NCBI RefSeq assembly: GCF_964204645.1
Contig: NW_027437479.1
Location: forward strand, 1 to 54,953
Length of the DNA: 54,953 nt
Source: Tubulanus polymorphus
Lineage: Eukaryota; Animalia; Nemertea
Direction of reading: 5' to 3'
A program made the translations under genes and the position numbers. Below the pieces are notes generated by a model. The model worked only from the letters and a program-made list of their open reading frames with translations. It made no database searches and was not told the origin of the DNA. Of the stretch, positions 1 to 12,000 are shown piece after piece; the first letter of the stretch is position 1; every line of letters starts with the position of its first letter.

Positions 1-3000
1 CCCGAAAACGTCGTTCAGCGCGAGAAAAGACGTTTTCGTATCAAATATTCCCCCTATCGGAAAAACGACAATGTCGATGCGTAAAAGCGCTCAAATCGTC
101 AGGAAAAGCACTTTTCGCTCCGAAAACGTCGTTCAGCGCGAGAAAAGACGTTTTCGTATCAAATATTCCCCCTATCGGAAAAACGACAATGTCGATGCGT
201 AAAAGCGCTCAAATCGTCAGGAAAAGCACATTTCGACCCTAAAACGTCGTTCAGCGCGAGAAAAGACGTTTTCTCATCACATTTTCCCCCTATCGGAAAA
301 ACGACAATGTCGATGCGTAAAAGCGCTCAAATCGTCAGGAAAAGCACATTTCGACCCGAAAACGTCGTTCAGCGCGAGAAAAGACGTTTTCTCATCACAT
401 TTTCCCCGTATCGGAAAAACGACAATGTCGATGCGTAAAAGCGCTCAAATCGTCAGGAAAAGCACTTTTCGACCCGAAAACGTCGTTCAGCGCGAGAAAA
501 GACGTTTTCTCATCAAATATTCCCCGTATCGGAAAAAACGACGATGTCGATGCGTAAAAGCGCTCAAATCGTCAGGAAAAGCACTTTTCGACCCGAAAAC
601 GTCGTTCAGCGCGAGAAAAGACGTTTTCTCATCACATTTTCCCCGTATCGGAAAAACGACGATGTCGATGCGTAAAAGCGCTCAAATCGTCAGGAAAAGC
701 ACTTTTCGCTCCGAAAACGTCGTTCAGCGCGAGAAAAGACGTTTTCGTATCAAATATTCCCCCTATCGGAAAAACGACAATGTCGATGCGTAAAAGCGCT
801 CAAATCGTCAGGAAAAGCACTTTTCGTCGCGAAAACGTCGTTCTGTGCGAGAAAAGACGTTTTCTCATCACATTCTCCCCGTATCGGATAAACGACAATG
901 TCGATGCGTAAAAGCGCTCAAATCGTCAGGAAAAGCACTTTTCGACCCGAAAACGTCGTTCAGCGCGAGAAAAGACGTTTTCGTATCAAATATTCCCCCT
1001 ATCGGAAAAACAACAATGTCGATGCGTAAAAGCGCTCAAATCGTCAGGAAAAGCACATTTCGACCCGAAAACGTCGTTCAGCGCGAGAAAAGACGTTTTC
1101 GTATCAAATATTCCCCCTATCGGAAAAACGACAATGTCGATGCGTAAAAGCGCTCAAATCGTCAGGAAAAGCACATTTCGACCCGAAAACGTCGTTCAGC
1201 GCGAGAAAAGACGTTTTCGTATCAAATATTCCCCCTATCGGAAAAACGACAATGTCGATGCGTAAAAGCGCTCAAATCGTCAGGAAAAGCACTTTTCGAC
1301 CCGAAAACGTCGTTCAGCGCGAGAAAAGACGTTTTCGTATCAAATATTCCCCCTATCGGAAAAACGACAATGTCGATGCGTAAAAGCGCTCAAATCGTCA
1401 GGAAAAGCACTTTTCGCTCCGAAAACGTCGTTCAGCGCGAGAAAAGACGTTTTCGTATCAAATATTCCCCCTATCGGAAAAACGACAATGTCGATGCGTA
1501 AAAGCGCTCAAATCGTCAGGAAAAGCACATTTCGACCCTAAAACGTCGTTCAGCGCGAGAAAAGACGTTTTCTCATCAAATATTCCCCGTATCGGAAAAA
1601 CGACGATGTCGATGCGTAAAAGCGCTCAAATCGTCAGGAAAAGCACTTTTCGCTCCGAAAACGTCGTTCAGCGCGAGAAAAGACGTTTTCGTATCAAATA
1701 TTCCCCCTATCGGAAAAACGACAATGTCGATGCGTAAAAGCGCTCAAATCGTCAGGAAAAGCACTTTTCGACCCGAAAACGTCGTTCAGCGCGAGAAAAG
1801 ACGTTTTCTCATCAAATATTCCCCGTATCGGAAAAACGACAATGTCGATGCGTAAAAGCGCTCAAATCGTCAGGAAAAGCACTTTTCGTCGCGAAAACGT
1901 CGTTCAGCGCGAGAAAAGACGTTTTCTCATCACATTCTCCCCGTATCGGATAAACGACGATGTAGATGCGTAAAAGCGCTCAAATCGTCAGGAAAAGCAC
2001 TTTTCGACCCGAAAACGTCGTTCAGCGCGAGAAAAGACGTTTTTGTATCAAATATTCCCTGTATCGGAAAAACGACAATGTCGATGCGTAAAAGCGCTCA
2101 AATCGTCAGGAAAAGCACATTTCGACCCGAAAACGTCGTTCAGCGCGAGAAAAGACGTTTTCTCATCACATTTTCCCCCTATCGGAAAAACGACAATGTC
2201 GATGCGTAAAAGCGCTCAAATCGTCAGGAAAAGCACTTTTCGTCGCGAAAACGTCGTTCAGCGCGAGAAAAGACGTTTTCGTATCAAATATTCCCCGTAT
2301 CGGAAAAACGACAATGTCGATGCGTAAAAGCGCTCAAATCGTCAGGAAAAGCACTTTTCGACCCGAAAACGTCGTTCAGCGCGAGAAAAGACGTTTTCGT
2401 ATCAAATATTCCCCCTATCGGAAAAACGACAATGTCGATGCGTAAAAGCGCTCAAATCGTCAGGAAAAGCACATTTCGACCCGAAAACGTCGTTCAGCGC
2501 GAGAAAAGACGTTTTCGTATCAAATATTCCCCCTATCGGAAAAACGACAATGTCGATGCGTAAAAGCGCTCAAATCGTCAGGAAAAGCACTTTTCGACCC
2601 GAAAACGTCGTTCAGCGCGAGAAAAGACGTTTTCGTATCAAATATTCCCCCTATCGGAAAAACGACAATGTCGATGCGTAAAAGCGCTCAAATCGTCAGG
2701 AAAAGCACTTTTCGCTCCGAAAACGTCGTTCAGCGCGAGAAAAGACGTTTTCGTATCAAATATTCCCCCTATCGGAAAAACGACAATGTCGATGCGTAAA
2801 AGCGCTCAAATCGTCAGGAAAAGCACATTTCGACCCGAAAACGTCGTTCAGCGCGAGAAAAGACGTTTTCGTATCAAATATTCCCCCTATCGGAAAAACG
2901 ACAATGTCGATGCGTAAAAGCGCTCAAATCGTCAGGAAAAGCACTTTTCGACCCGAAAACGTCGTTCAGCGCGAGAAAAGACGTTTTCGTATCAAATATT

Positions 3001-6000
3001 CCCCCTATCGGAAAAACGACAATGTCGATGCGTAAAAGCGCTCAAATCGTCAGGAAAAGCACTTTTCGCTCCGAAAACGTCGTTCAGCGCGAGAAAAGAC
3101 GTTTTCGTATCAAATATTCCCCCTATCGGAAAAACGACAATGTCGATGCGTAAAAGCGCTCAAATCGTCAGGAAAAGCACATTTCGACCCTAAAACGTCG
3201 TTCAGCGCGAGAAAAGACGTTTTCTCACCACATTTTCCCCCTATCGGAAAAACGACAATGTCGATGCGTAAAAGCGCTCAAATCGTCAGGAAAAGCACAT
3301 TTCGACCCGAAAACGTCGTTCAGCGCGAGAAAAGACGTTTTCTCATCACATTTTCCCCGTATCGGAAAAACGACAATGTCGATGCGTAAAAGCGCTCAAA
3401 TCGTCAGGAAAAGCACATTTCGACCCTAAAACGTCGTTCAGCGCGAGAAAAGACGTTTTCGTATGAAATATAACCCCTATCGGAAAAACGACAATGTCGA
3501 TGCGTAAAAGCGCTCAAATCGTCAGGAAAAACACTTTTCGACGCGAAAACGTCGTTCAGCGCGAGAAAAGACGTTTTCGTATGAAATATAACCCCTATCG
3601 GAAAAACGACAATGTCGATGCGTAAAAGCACTCAAATCGTCAGGAAAAACACTTTTCGACGCGAAAACGTCGTTCAGCGCGAGAAAAGACGTTTTCGTAT
3701 GAAATATAACCCCTATCGGAAAAACGACAATGTCCATGCGTAAAAGCGCTCAAATCGTCAGGAAAAGCACTTTTCGACGCGAAAACGTCGTTCAGCGCGA
3801 GAAAAGACGTTTTCGTATCAAATATTCCCCCTATCGGAAAAACGACAATGTCGATGCGTAAAAGCGCTCAAATCGTCAGGAAAAGCACTTTTCGACCCGA
3901 AAACGTCGTTCAGCGCGAGAAAAGACGTTTTCGTATGAAATATTACCCCTATCGGAAAAACGACAATGTCGATGCGTAAAAGCGCTCGAATCGTCAGGAA
4001 ATGCTCTTTTCGAACCGAAAACGTCGTTCAGCGCGAGAAAAGACGTTTTCGTATCAAATATTCCCCCTATCGGAAAAACGACAATGTCGATGCGTAAAAG
4101 CGCTCAAATCGTCAGGAAAAGCACTTTTCGACCCGAAAACGTCGTTCAGCGCGAGAAAAGACGTTTTCGTATCAAATATTCCCCCTATCGGAAAAACGAC
4201 AATGTCGATGCGTAAAAGCGCTCAAATCGTCAGGAAAAGCACTTTTCGCTCCGAAAACGTCGTTCAGCGCGAGAAAAGACGTTTTCGTATCAAATATTCC
4301 CCCTATCGGAAAAACGACAATGTCGATGCGTAAAAGCGCTCAAATCGCCAGGAAAAGCACTTTTCGCTCCGAAAACGTCGTTCAGCGCGAGAAAAGACGT
4401 TTTCGTATCAAATATTCCCCCTATCGGAAAAACGACAATGTCGATGCGTAAAAGCGCTCAAATCGTCAGGAAAAGCACTTTTCGACCCGAAAACGTCGTT
4501 CAGCGCGAGAAAAGACGTTTTCGTATCAAATATTCCCCCTATCGGAAAAACGACAATGTCGATGCGTAAAAGCGCTCAAATCGTCAGGAAAAGCACATTT
4601 CGACCCGAAAACGTCGTTCAGCGCGAGAAAAGACGTTTTCGTATCAAATATTCCCCCTATCGGAAAAACGACAATGTCGATGCGTAAAAGCGCTCAAATC
4701 GTCAGGAAAAGCACTTTTCGACCCGAAAACGTCGTTCAGCGCGAGAAAAGACGTTTTCTCATCAAATATTCCCCGTATCGGAAAAACGACGATGTCGATG
4801 CGTAAAAGCGCTCAAATCGTCAGGAAAAGCACTTTTCGACCCGAAAACGTCGTTCAGCGCGAGAAAAGACGTTTTCTCATCAAATATTCCCCGTATCGGA
4901 AAAACGACGATGTCGATGCGTAAAAGCGCTCAAATCGTCAGGAAAAGCACATTTCGACCCGAAAACGTCGTTCAGCGCGAGAAAAGACGTTTTCGTATCA
5001 AATATTCCCCCTATCGGAAAAACGACAATGTCGATGCGTAAAAGCGCTCAAATCGTCAGGAAAAGCACTTTTCGTCGCGAAAACGTCGTTCAGCGCGAGA
5101 AAAGACGTTTTCTCATCACATTCTCCCCGTATCGGATAAACGACAATGTAGATGCGTAAAAGCGCTCAAATCGTCAGGAAAAGCACTTTTCGACCCGAAA
5201 ACGTCGTTCAGCGCGAGAAAAGACGTTTTTGTATCAAATATTCCCTGTATCGGAAAAACGACAATGTCGATGCGTAAAAGCGCTCAAATCGTCAGGAAAA
5301 GCACATTTCGACCCGAAAACGTCGTTCCGCGCGAGAAAAGACGTTTTCTCATCACATTTTCCCCCTATCGGAAAAACGACAATGTCGATGCGTAAAAGCG
5401 CTCAAATCGTCAGGAAAAGCACTTTTCGTCGCGAAAACGTCGTTCAGCGCGAGAAAAGACGTTTTCGTATCAAATATTCCCCGTATCGGAAAAACGACAA
5501 TGTCGATGCGTAAAAGCGCTCAAATCGTCAGGAAAAGCACTTTTCGACCCGAAAACGTCGTTCAGCGCGAGAAAAGACGTTTTCGTATCAAATATTCCCC
5601 CTATCGGAAAAACGACAATGTCGATGCGTAAAAGCGCTCAAATCGTCAGGAAAAGCACATTTCGACCCGAAAACGTCGTTCAGCGCGAGAAAAGACGTTT
5701 TCGTATCAAATATTCCCCCTATCGGAAAAACGACAATGTCGATGCGTAAAAGCGCTCAAATCGTCAGGAAAAGCACCTTTTCGACTCGAAAACGTCGTTC
5801 AGCGCGAGAAAAGACGTTTTCGTATCAAATATTCCCCCTATCGGAAAAACGACAATGTCGATGCGTAAAAGCGCTCAAATCGTCAGGAAAAGCACTTTTC
5901 GCTCCGAAAACGTCGTTCAGCGCGAGAAAAGACGTTTTCGTATCAAATATTCCCCTATCGGAAAAACGACAATGTCGATGCGTAAAAGCGCTCAAATCGT

Positions 6001-9000
6001 CAGGAAAAGCACATTTCGACCCGAAAACGTCGTTCAGCGCGAGAAAAGACGTTTTCGTATCAAATATTCCCCCTATCGGAAAAACGACAATGTCGATGCG
6101 TAAAAGCGCTCAAATCGTCAGGAAAAGCACTTTTCGACCCGAAAACGTCGTTCAGCGCGAGAAAAGACGTTTTCGTATCAAATATTCCCCCTATCGGAAA
6201 AACGACAATGTCGATGCGTAAAAGCGCTCAAATCGTCAGGAAAAGCACTTTTCGCTCCGAAAACGTCGTTCAGAGCGAGAAAAGACGTTTTCGTATCAAA
6301 TATTCCCCCTATCGGAAAAACGACAATGTCGATGCGTAAAAGCGCTCAAATCGTCAGGAAAAGCACATTTCGACCCTAAAACGTCGTTCAGCGCGAGAAA
6401 AGACGTTTTCTCACCACATTTTCCCCCTATCGGAAAAACGACAATGTCGATGCGTAAAAGCGCTCAAATCGTCAGGAAAAGCACATTTCGACCCGAAAAC
6501 GTCGTTCAGCGCGAGAAAAGACGTTTTCTCATCACATTTTCCCCGTATCGGAAAAACGACAATGTCGATGCGTAAAAGCGCTCAAATCGTCAGGAAAAGC
6601 ACATTTCGACCCTAAAACGTCGTTCAGCGCGAGAAAAGACGTTTTCTCATCACATTTTCCCCCTATCGGAAAAACGACAATGTCGATGCGTAAAAGCGCT
6701 CAAATCGTCAGGAAAAGCACTTTTCGCTCCGAAAACGTCGTTCAGCGCGAGAAAAGACGTTTTCGTATCAAATATTCCCCCTATCGGAAAAACGACAATG
6801 TCGATGCGTAAAAGCGCTCAAATCGTCAGGAAAAGCACTTTTCGACGCGAAAACGTAGGTCAGCGCGAGCAAAGACGTTTTCGTATGAAATATTCCCCCT
6901 ATCGGAAAAACCGACAATGTCGATGCGTAAAAGCGCTCAAATCGTCAGGAAAAGCACTTTTCGACCCGAAAACGTCGTTCAGCGCGAGAAAAGACGTTTT
7001 CGTATGAAATATAACCCCTATCGGAAAAACGACAATGTCGATGCGTAAAAGCACTCAAATCGTCAGGAAAAACACTTTTCGACGCGAAAACGTCGTTCAG
7101 CGCGAGAAAAGACGTTTTCGTATGAAATATAACCCCTATCGGAAAAACGACAATGTCGATGCGTAAAAGCACTCAAATCGTCAGGAAAAACACTTTTCGA
7201 CGCGAAAACGTCGTTCAGCGCGAGAAAAGACGTTTTCGTATGAAATATAACCCCTATCGGAAAAACGACAATGTCCATGCGTAAAAGCGCTCAAATCGTC
7301 AGGAAAAGCACTTTTCGACGCGAAAACGTCGTTCAGCGCGAGAAAAGACGTTTTCGTATCAAATATTCCCCCTATCGGAAAAACGACAATGTCGATGCGT
7401 AAAAGCGCTCAAATCGTCAGGAAAAGCACTTTTCGACCCGAAAACGTCGTTCAGCGCGAGAAAAGACGTTTTCGTATGAAATATTACCCCTATCGGAAAA
7501 ACGACAATGTCGATGCGTAAAAGCGCTCGAATCGTCAGGAAATGCTCTTTTCGAACCGAAAACGTCGTTCAGCGCGAGAAAAGACGTTTTCGTATCAAAT
7601 ATTCCCCCTATCGGAAAAACGACAATGTCGATGCGTAAAAGCGCTCAAATCGTCAGGAAAAGCACTTTTCGACCCGAAAACGTCGTTCAGCGCGAGAAAA
7701 GACGTTTTCGTATCAAATATTCCCCCTATCGGAAAAACGACAATGTCGATGCGTAAAAGCGCTCAAATCGTCAGGAAAAGCACTTTTCGCTCCGAAAACG
7801 TCGTTCAGCGCGAGAAAAGACGTTTTCGTATCAAATATTCCCCCTATCGGAAAAACGACAATGTCGATGCGTAAAAGCGCTCAAATCGCCAGGAAAAGCA
7901 CTTTTCGCTCCGAAAACGTCGTTCAGCGCGAGAAAAGACGTTTTCGTATCAAATATTCCCCCTATCGGAAAAACGACAATGTCGATGCGTAAAAGCGCTC
8001 AAATCGTCAGGAAAAGCACTTTTCGACCCGAAAACGTCGTTCAGCGCGAGAAAAGACGTTTTCGTATCAAATATTCCCCCTATCGGAAAAACGACAATGT
8101 CGATGCGTAAAAGCGCTCAAATCGTCAGGAAAAGCACATTTCGACCCGAAAACGTCGTTCAGCGCGAGAAAAGACGTTTTCGTATCAAATATTCCCCCTA
8201 TCGGAAAAACGACAATGTCGATGCGTAAAAGCGCTCAAATCGTCAGGAAAAGCACTTTTCGACCCGAAAACGTCGTTCAGCGCGAGAAAAGACGTTTTCT
8301 CATCAAATATTCCCCGTATCGGAAAAACGACGATGTCGATGCGTAAAAGCGCTCAAATCGTCAGGAAAAGCACTTTTCGACCCGAAAACGTCGTTCAGCG
8401 CGAGAAAAGACGTTTTCTCATCAAATATTCCCCGTATCGGAAAAACGACGATGTCGATGCGTAAAAGCGCTCAAATCGTCAGGAAAAGCACATTTCGACC
8501 CGAAAACGTCGTTCAGCGCGAGAAAAGACGTTTTCGTATCAAATATTCCCCCTATCGGAAAAACGACGATGTCGATGCGTAAAAGCGCTCAAATCGTCAG
8601 GAAAAGCACATTTCGACCCGAAAACGTCGTTCAGCGCGAGAAAAGACGTTTTCGTATCAAATATTCCCCCTATCGGAAAAACGACAATGTCGATGCGTAA
8701 AAGCGCTCAAATCGTCAGGAAAAGCACTTTTCGTCGCGAAAACGTCGTTCAGCGCGAGAAAAGACGTTTTCTCATCACATTCTCCCCGTATCGGATAAAC
8801 GACAATGTAGATGCGTAAAAGCGCTCAAATCGTCAGGAAAAGCACTTTTCGACCCGAAAACGTCGTTCAGCGCGAGAAAAGACGTTTTTGTATCAAATAT
8901 TCCCTGTATCGGAAAAACGACAATGTCGATGCGTAAAAGCGCTCAAATCGTCAGGAAAAGCACATTTCGACCCGAAAACGTCGTTCAGCGCGAGAAAAGA

Positions 9001-12000
9001 CGTTTTCTCATCACATTTTCCCCCTATCGGAAAAACGACAATGTCGATGCGTAAAAGCGCTCAAATCGTCAGGAAAAGCACTTTTCGTCGCGAAAACGTC
9101 GTTCAGCGCGAGAAAAGACGTTTTCGTATCAAATATTCCCCGTATCGGAAAAACGACAATGTCGATGCGTAAAAGCGCTCAAATCGTCAGGAAAAGCACT
9201 TTTCGACCCGAAAACGTCGTTCAGCGCGAGAAAAGACGTTTTCGTATCAAATATTCCCCCTATCGGAAAAACGACAATGTCGATGCGTAAAAGCGCTCAA
9301 ATCGTCAGGAAAAGCACATTTCGACCCGAAAACGTCGTTCAGCGCGAGAAAAGACGTTTTCGTATCAAATATTCCCCCTATCGGAAAAACGACAATGTCG
9401 ATGCGTAAAAGCGCTCAAATCGTCAGGAAAAGCACTTTTCGACCCGAAAACGTCGTTCAGCGCGAGAAAAGACGTTTTCGTATCAAATATTCCCCCTATC
9501 GGAAAAACGACAATGTCGATGCGTAAAAGCGCTCAAATCGTCAGGAAAAGCACTTTTCGCTCCGAAAACGTCGTTCAGCGCGAGAAAAGACGTTTTCGTA
9601 TCAAATATTCCCCCTATCGGAAAAACGACAATGTCGATGCGTAAAAGCGCTCAAATCGTCAGGAAAAGCACATTTCGACCCGAAAACGTCGTTCAGCGCG
9701 AGAAAAGACGTTTTCGTATCAAATATTCCCCCTATCGGAAAAACGACAATGTCGATGCGTAAAAGCGCTCAAATCGTCAGGAAAAGCACTTTTCGACCCG
9801 AAAACGTCGTTCAGCGCGAGAAAAGACGTTTTCGTATCAAATATTCCCCCTATCGGAAAAACGACAATGTCGATGCGTAAAAGCGCTCAAATCGTCAGGA
9901 AAAGCACTTTTCGCTCCGAAAACGTCGTTCAGCGCGAGAAAAGACGTTTTCGTATCAAATATTCCCCCTATCGGAAAAACGACAATGTCGATGCGTAAAA
10001 GCGCTCAAATCGTCAGGAAAAGCACATTTCGACCCTAAAACGTCGTTCAGCGCGAGAAAAGACGTTTTCTCACCACATTTTCCCCCTATCGGAAAAACGA
10101 CAATGTCGATGCGTAAAAGCGCTCAAATCGTCAGGAAAAGCACATTTCGACCCGAAAACGTCGTTCAGCGCGAGAAAAGACGTTTTCTCATCACATTTTC
10201 CCCGTATCGGAAAAACGACAATGTCGATGCGTAAAAGCGCTCAAATCGTCAGGAAAAGCACATTTCGACCCTAAAACGTCGTTCAGCGCGAGAAAAGACG
10301 TTTTCTCATCACATTTTCACCCTATCGGAAAAACGACAATGTCGATGCGTAAAAGCGCTCAAATCGTCAGGAAAAGCACTTTTCGCTCCGAAAACGTCGT
10401 TCAGCGCGAGAAAAGACGTTTTCGTATCAAATATTCCCCCTATCGGAAAAACGACAATGTCGATGCGTAAAAGCGCTCAAATCGTCAGGAAAAGCACTTT
10501 TCGACGCGAAAACGTAGGTCAGCGCGAGCAAAGACGTTTTCGTATGAAATATTCCCCCTATCGGAAAAACCGACAATGTCGATGCGTAAAAGCGCTCAAA
10601 TCGTCAGGAAAAGCACTTTTCGACCCGAAAACGTCGTTCAGCGCGAGAAAAGACGTTTTCGTATCAAATATTCCCCCTATCGGAAAAACGACAATGTCGA
10701 TGCGTAAAAGCGCTCAAATCGTCAGGAAAAGCACTTTTCGCTCCGAAAACGTCGTTCAGCGCGAGAAAAGACGTTTTCGTATCAAATATTCCCCCTATCG
10801 GAAAAACGACAATGTCGATGCGTAAAAGCGCTCAAATCGCCAGGAAAAGCACTTTTCGCTCCGAAAACGTCGTTCAGCGCGAGAAAAGACGTTTTCGTAT
10901 CAAATATTCCCCCTATCGGAAAAACGACAATGTCGATGCGTAAAAGCGCTCAAATCGTCAGGAAAAGCACTTTTCGTCGCGAAAACGTCGTTCAGCGCGA
11001 GAAAAGACGTTTTCTCATCACATTCTCCCCGTATCGGATAAACGACAATGTCGATGCGTAAAAGCGCTCAAATCGTCAGGAAAAGCACTTTTCGCTCCGA
11101 AAACGTCGTTCAGCGCGAGAAAAGACGTTTTCGTATCAAATATTCCCCCTATCGGAAAAACGACAATGTCGATGCGTAAAAGCGCTCAAATCGTCAGGAA
11201 AAGCACTTTTCGACCCGAAAACGTCGTTCAGCGCGAGAAAAGACGTTTTCGTATCAAATATTCCCCCTATCGGAAAAACGACAATGTCGATGCGTAAAAG
11301 CGCTCAAATCGTCAGGAAAAGCACATTTCGACCCGAAAACGTCGTTCAGCGCGAGAAAAGACGTTTTCGTATCAAATATTCCCCCTATCGGAAAAACGAC
11401 AATGTCGATGCGTAAAAGCGCTCAAATCGTCAGGAAAAGCACTTTTCGACCCGAAAACGTCGTTCAGCGCGAGAAAAGACGTTTTCGTATCAAATATTCC
11501 CCCTATCGGAAAAACGACAATGTCGATGCGTAAAAGCGCTCAAATCGTCAGGAAAAGCACTTTTCGTCGCGAAAACGTCGTTCAGCGCGAGAAAAGACGT
11601 TTTCTCATCACATTCTCCCCGTATCGGATAAACGACAATGTCGATGCGTAAAAGCGCTCAAATCGTCAGGAAAAGCACTTTTCGCTCCGAAAACGTCGTT
11701 CAGCGCGAGAAAAGACGTTTTCGTATCAAATATTCCCCCTATCGGAAAAACGACAATGTCGATGCGTAAAAGCGCTCAAATCGTCAGGAAAAGCACTTTT
11801 CGTCGCGAAAACGTCGTTCAGCGCGAGAAAAGACGTTTTCTCATCACATTCTCCCCGTATCGGATAAACGACAATGTCGATGCGTAAAAGCGCTCAAATC
11901 GTCAGGAAAAGCACTTTTCGCTCCGAAAACGTCGTTCAGCGCGAGAAAAGACGTTTTCGTATCAAATATTCCCCCTATCGGAAAAACGACAAAGTCGATG

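Noticed and set aside
1-118. CENP-B box
   Set aside because: I could not find the TTCG-N4-A-N2-CGGG pattern on either strand in the main variants, only partial words.
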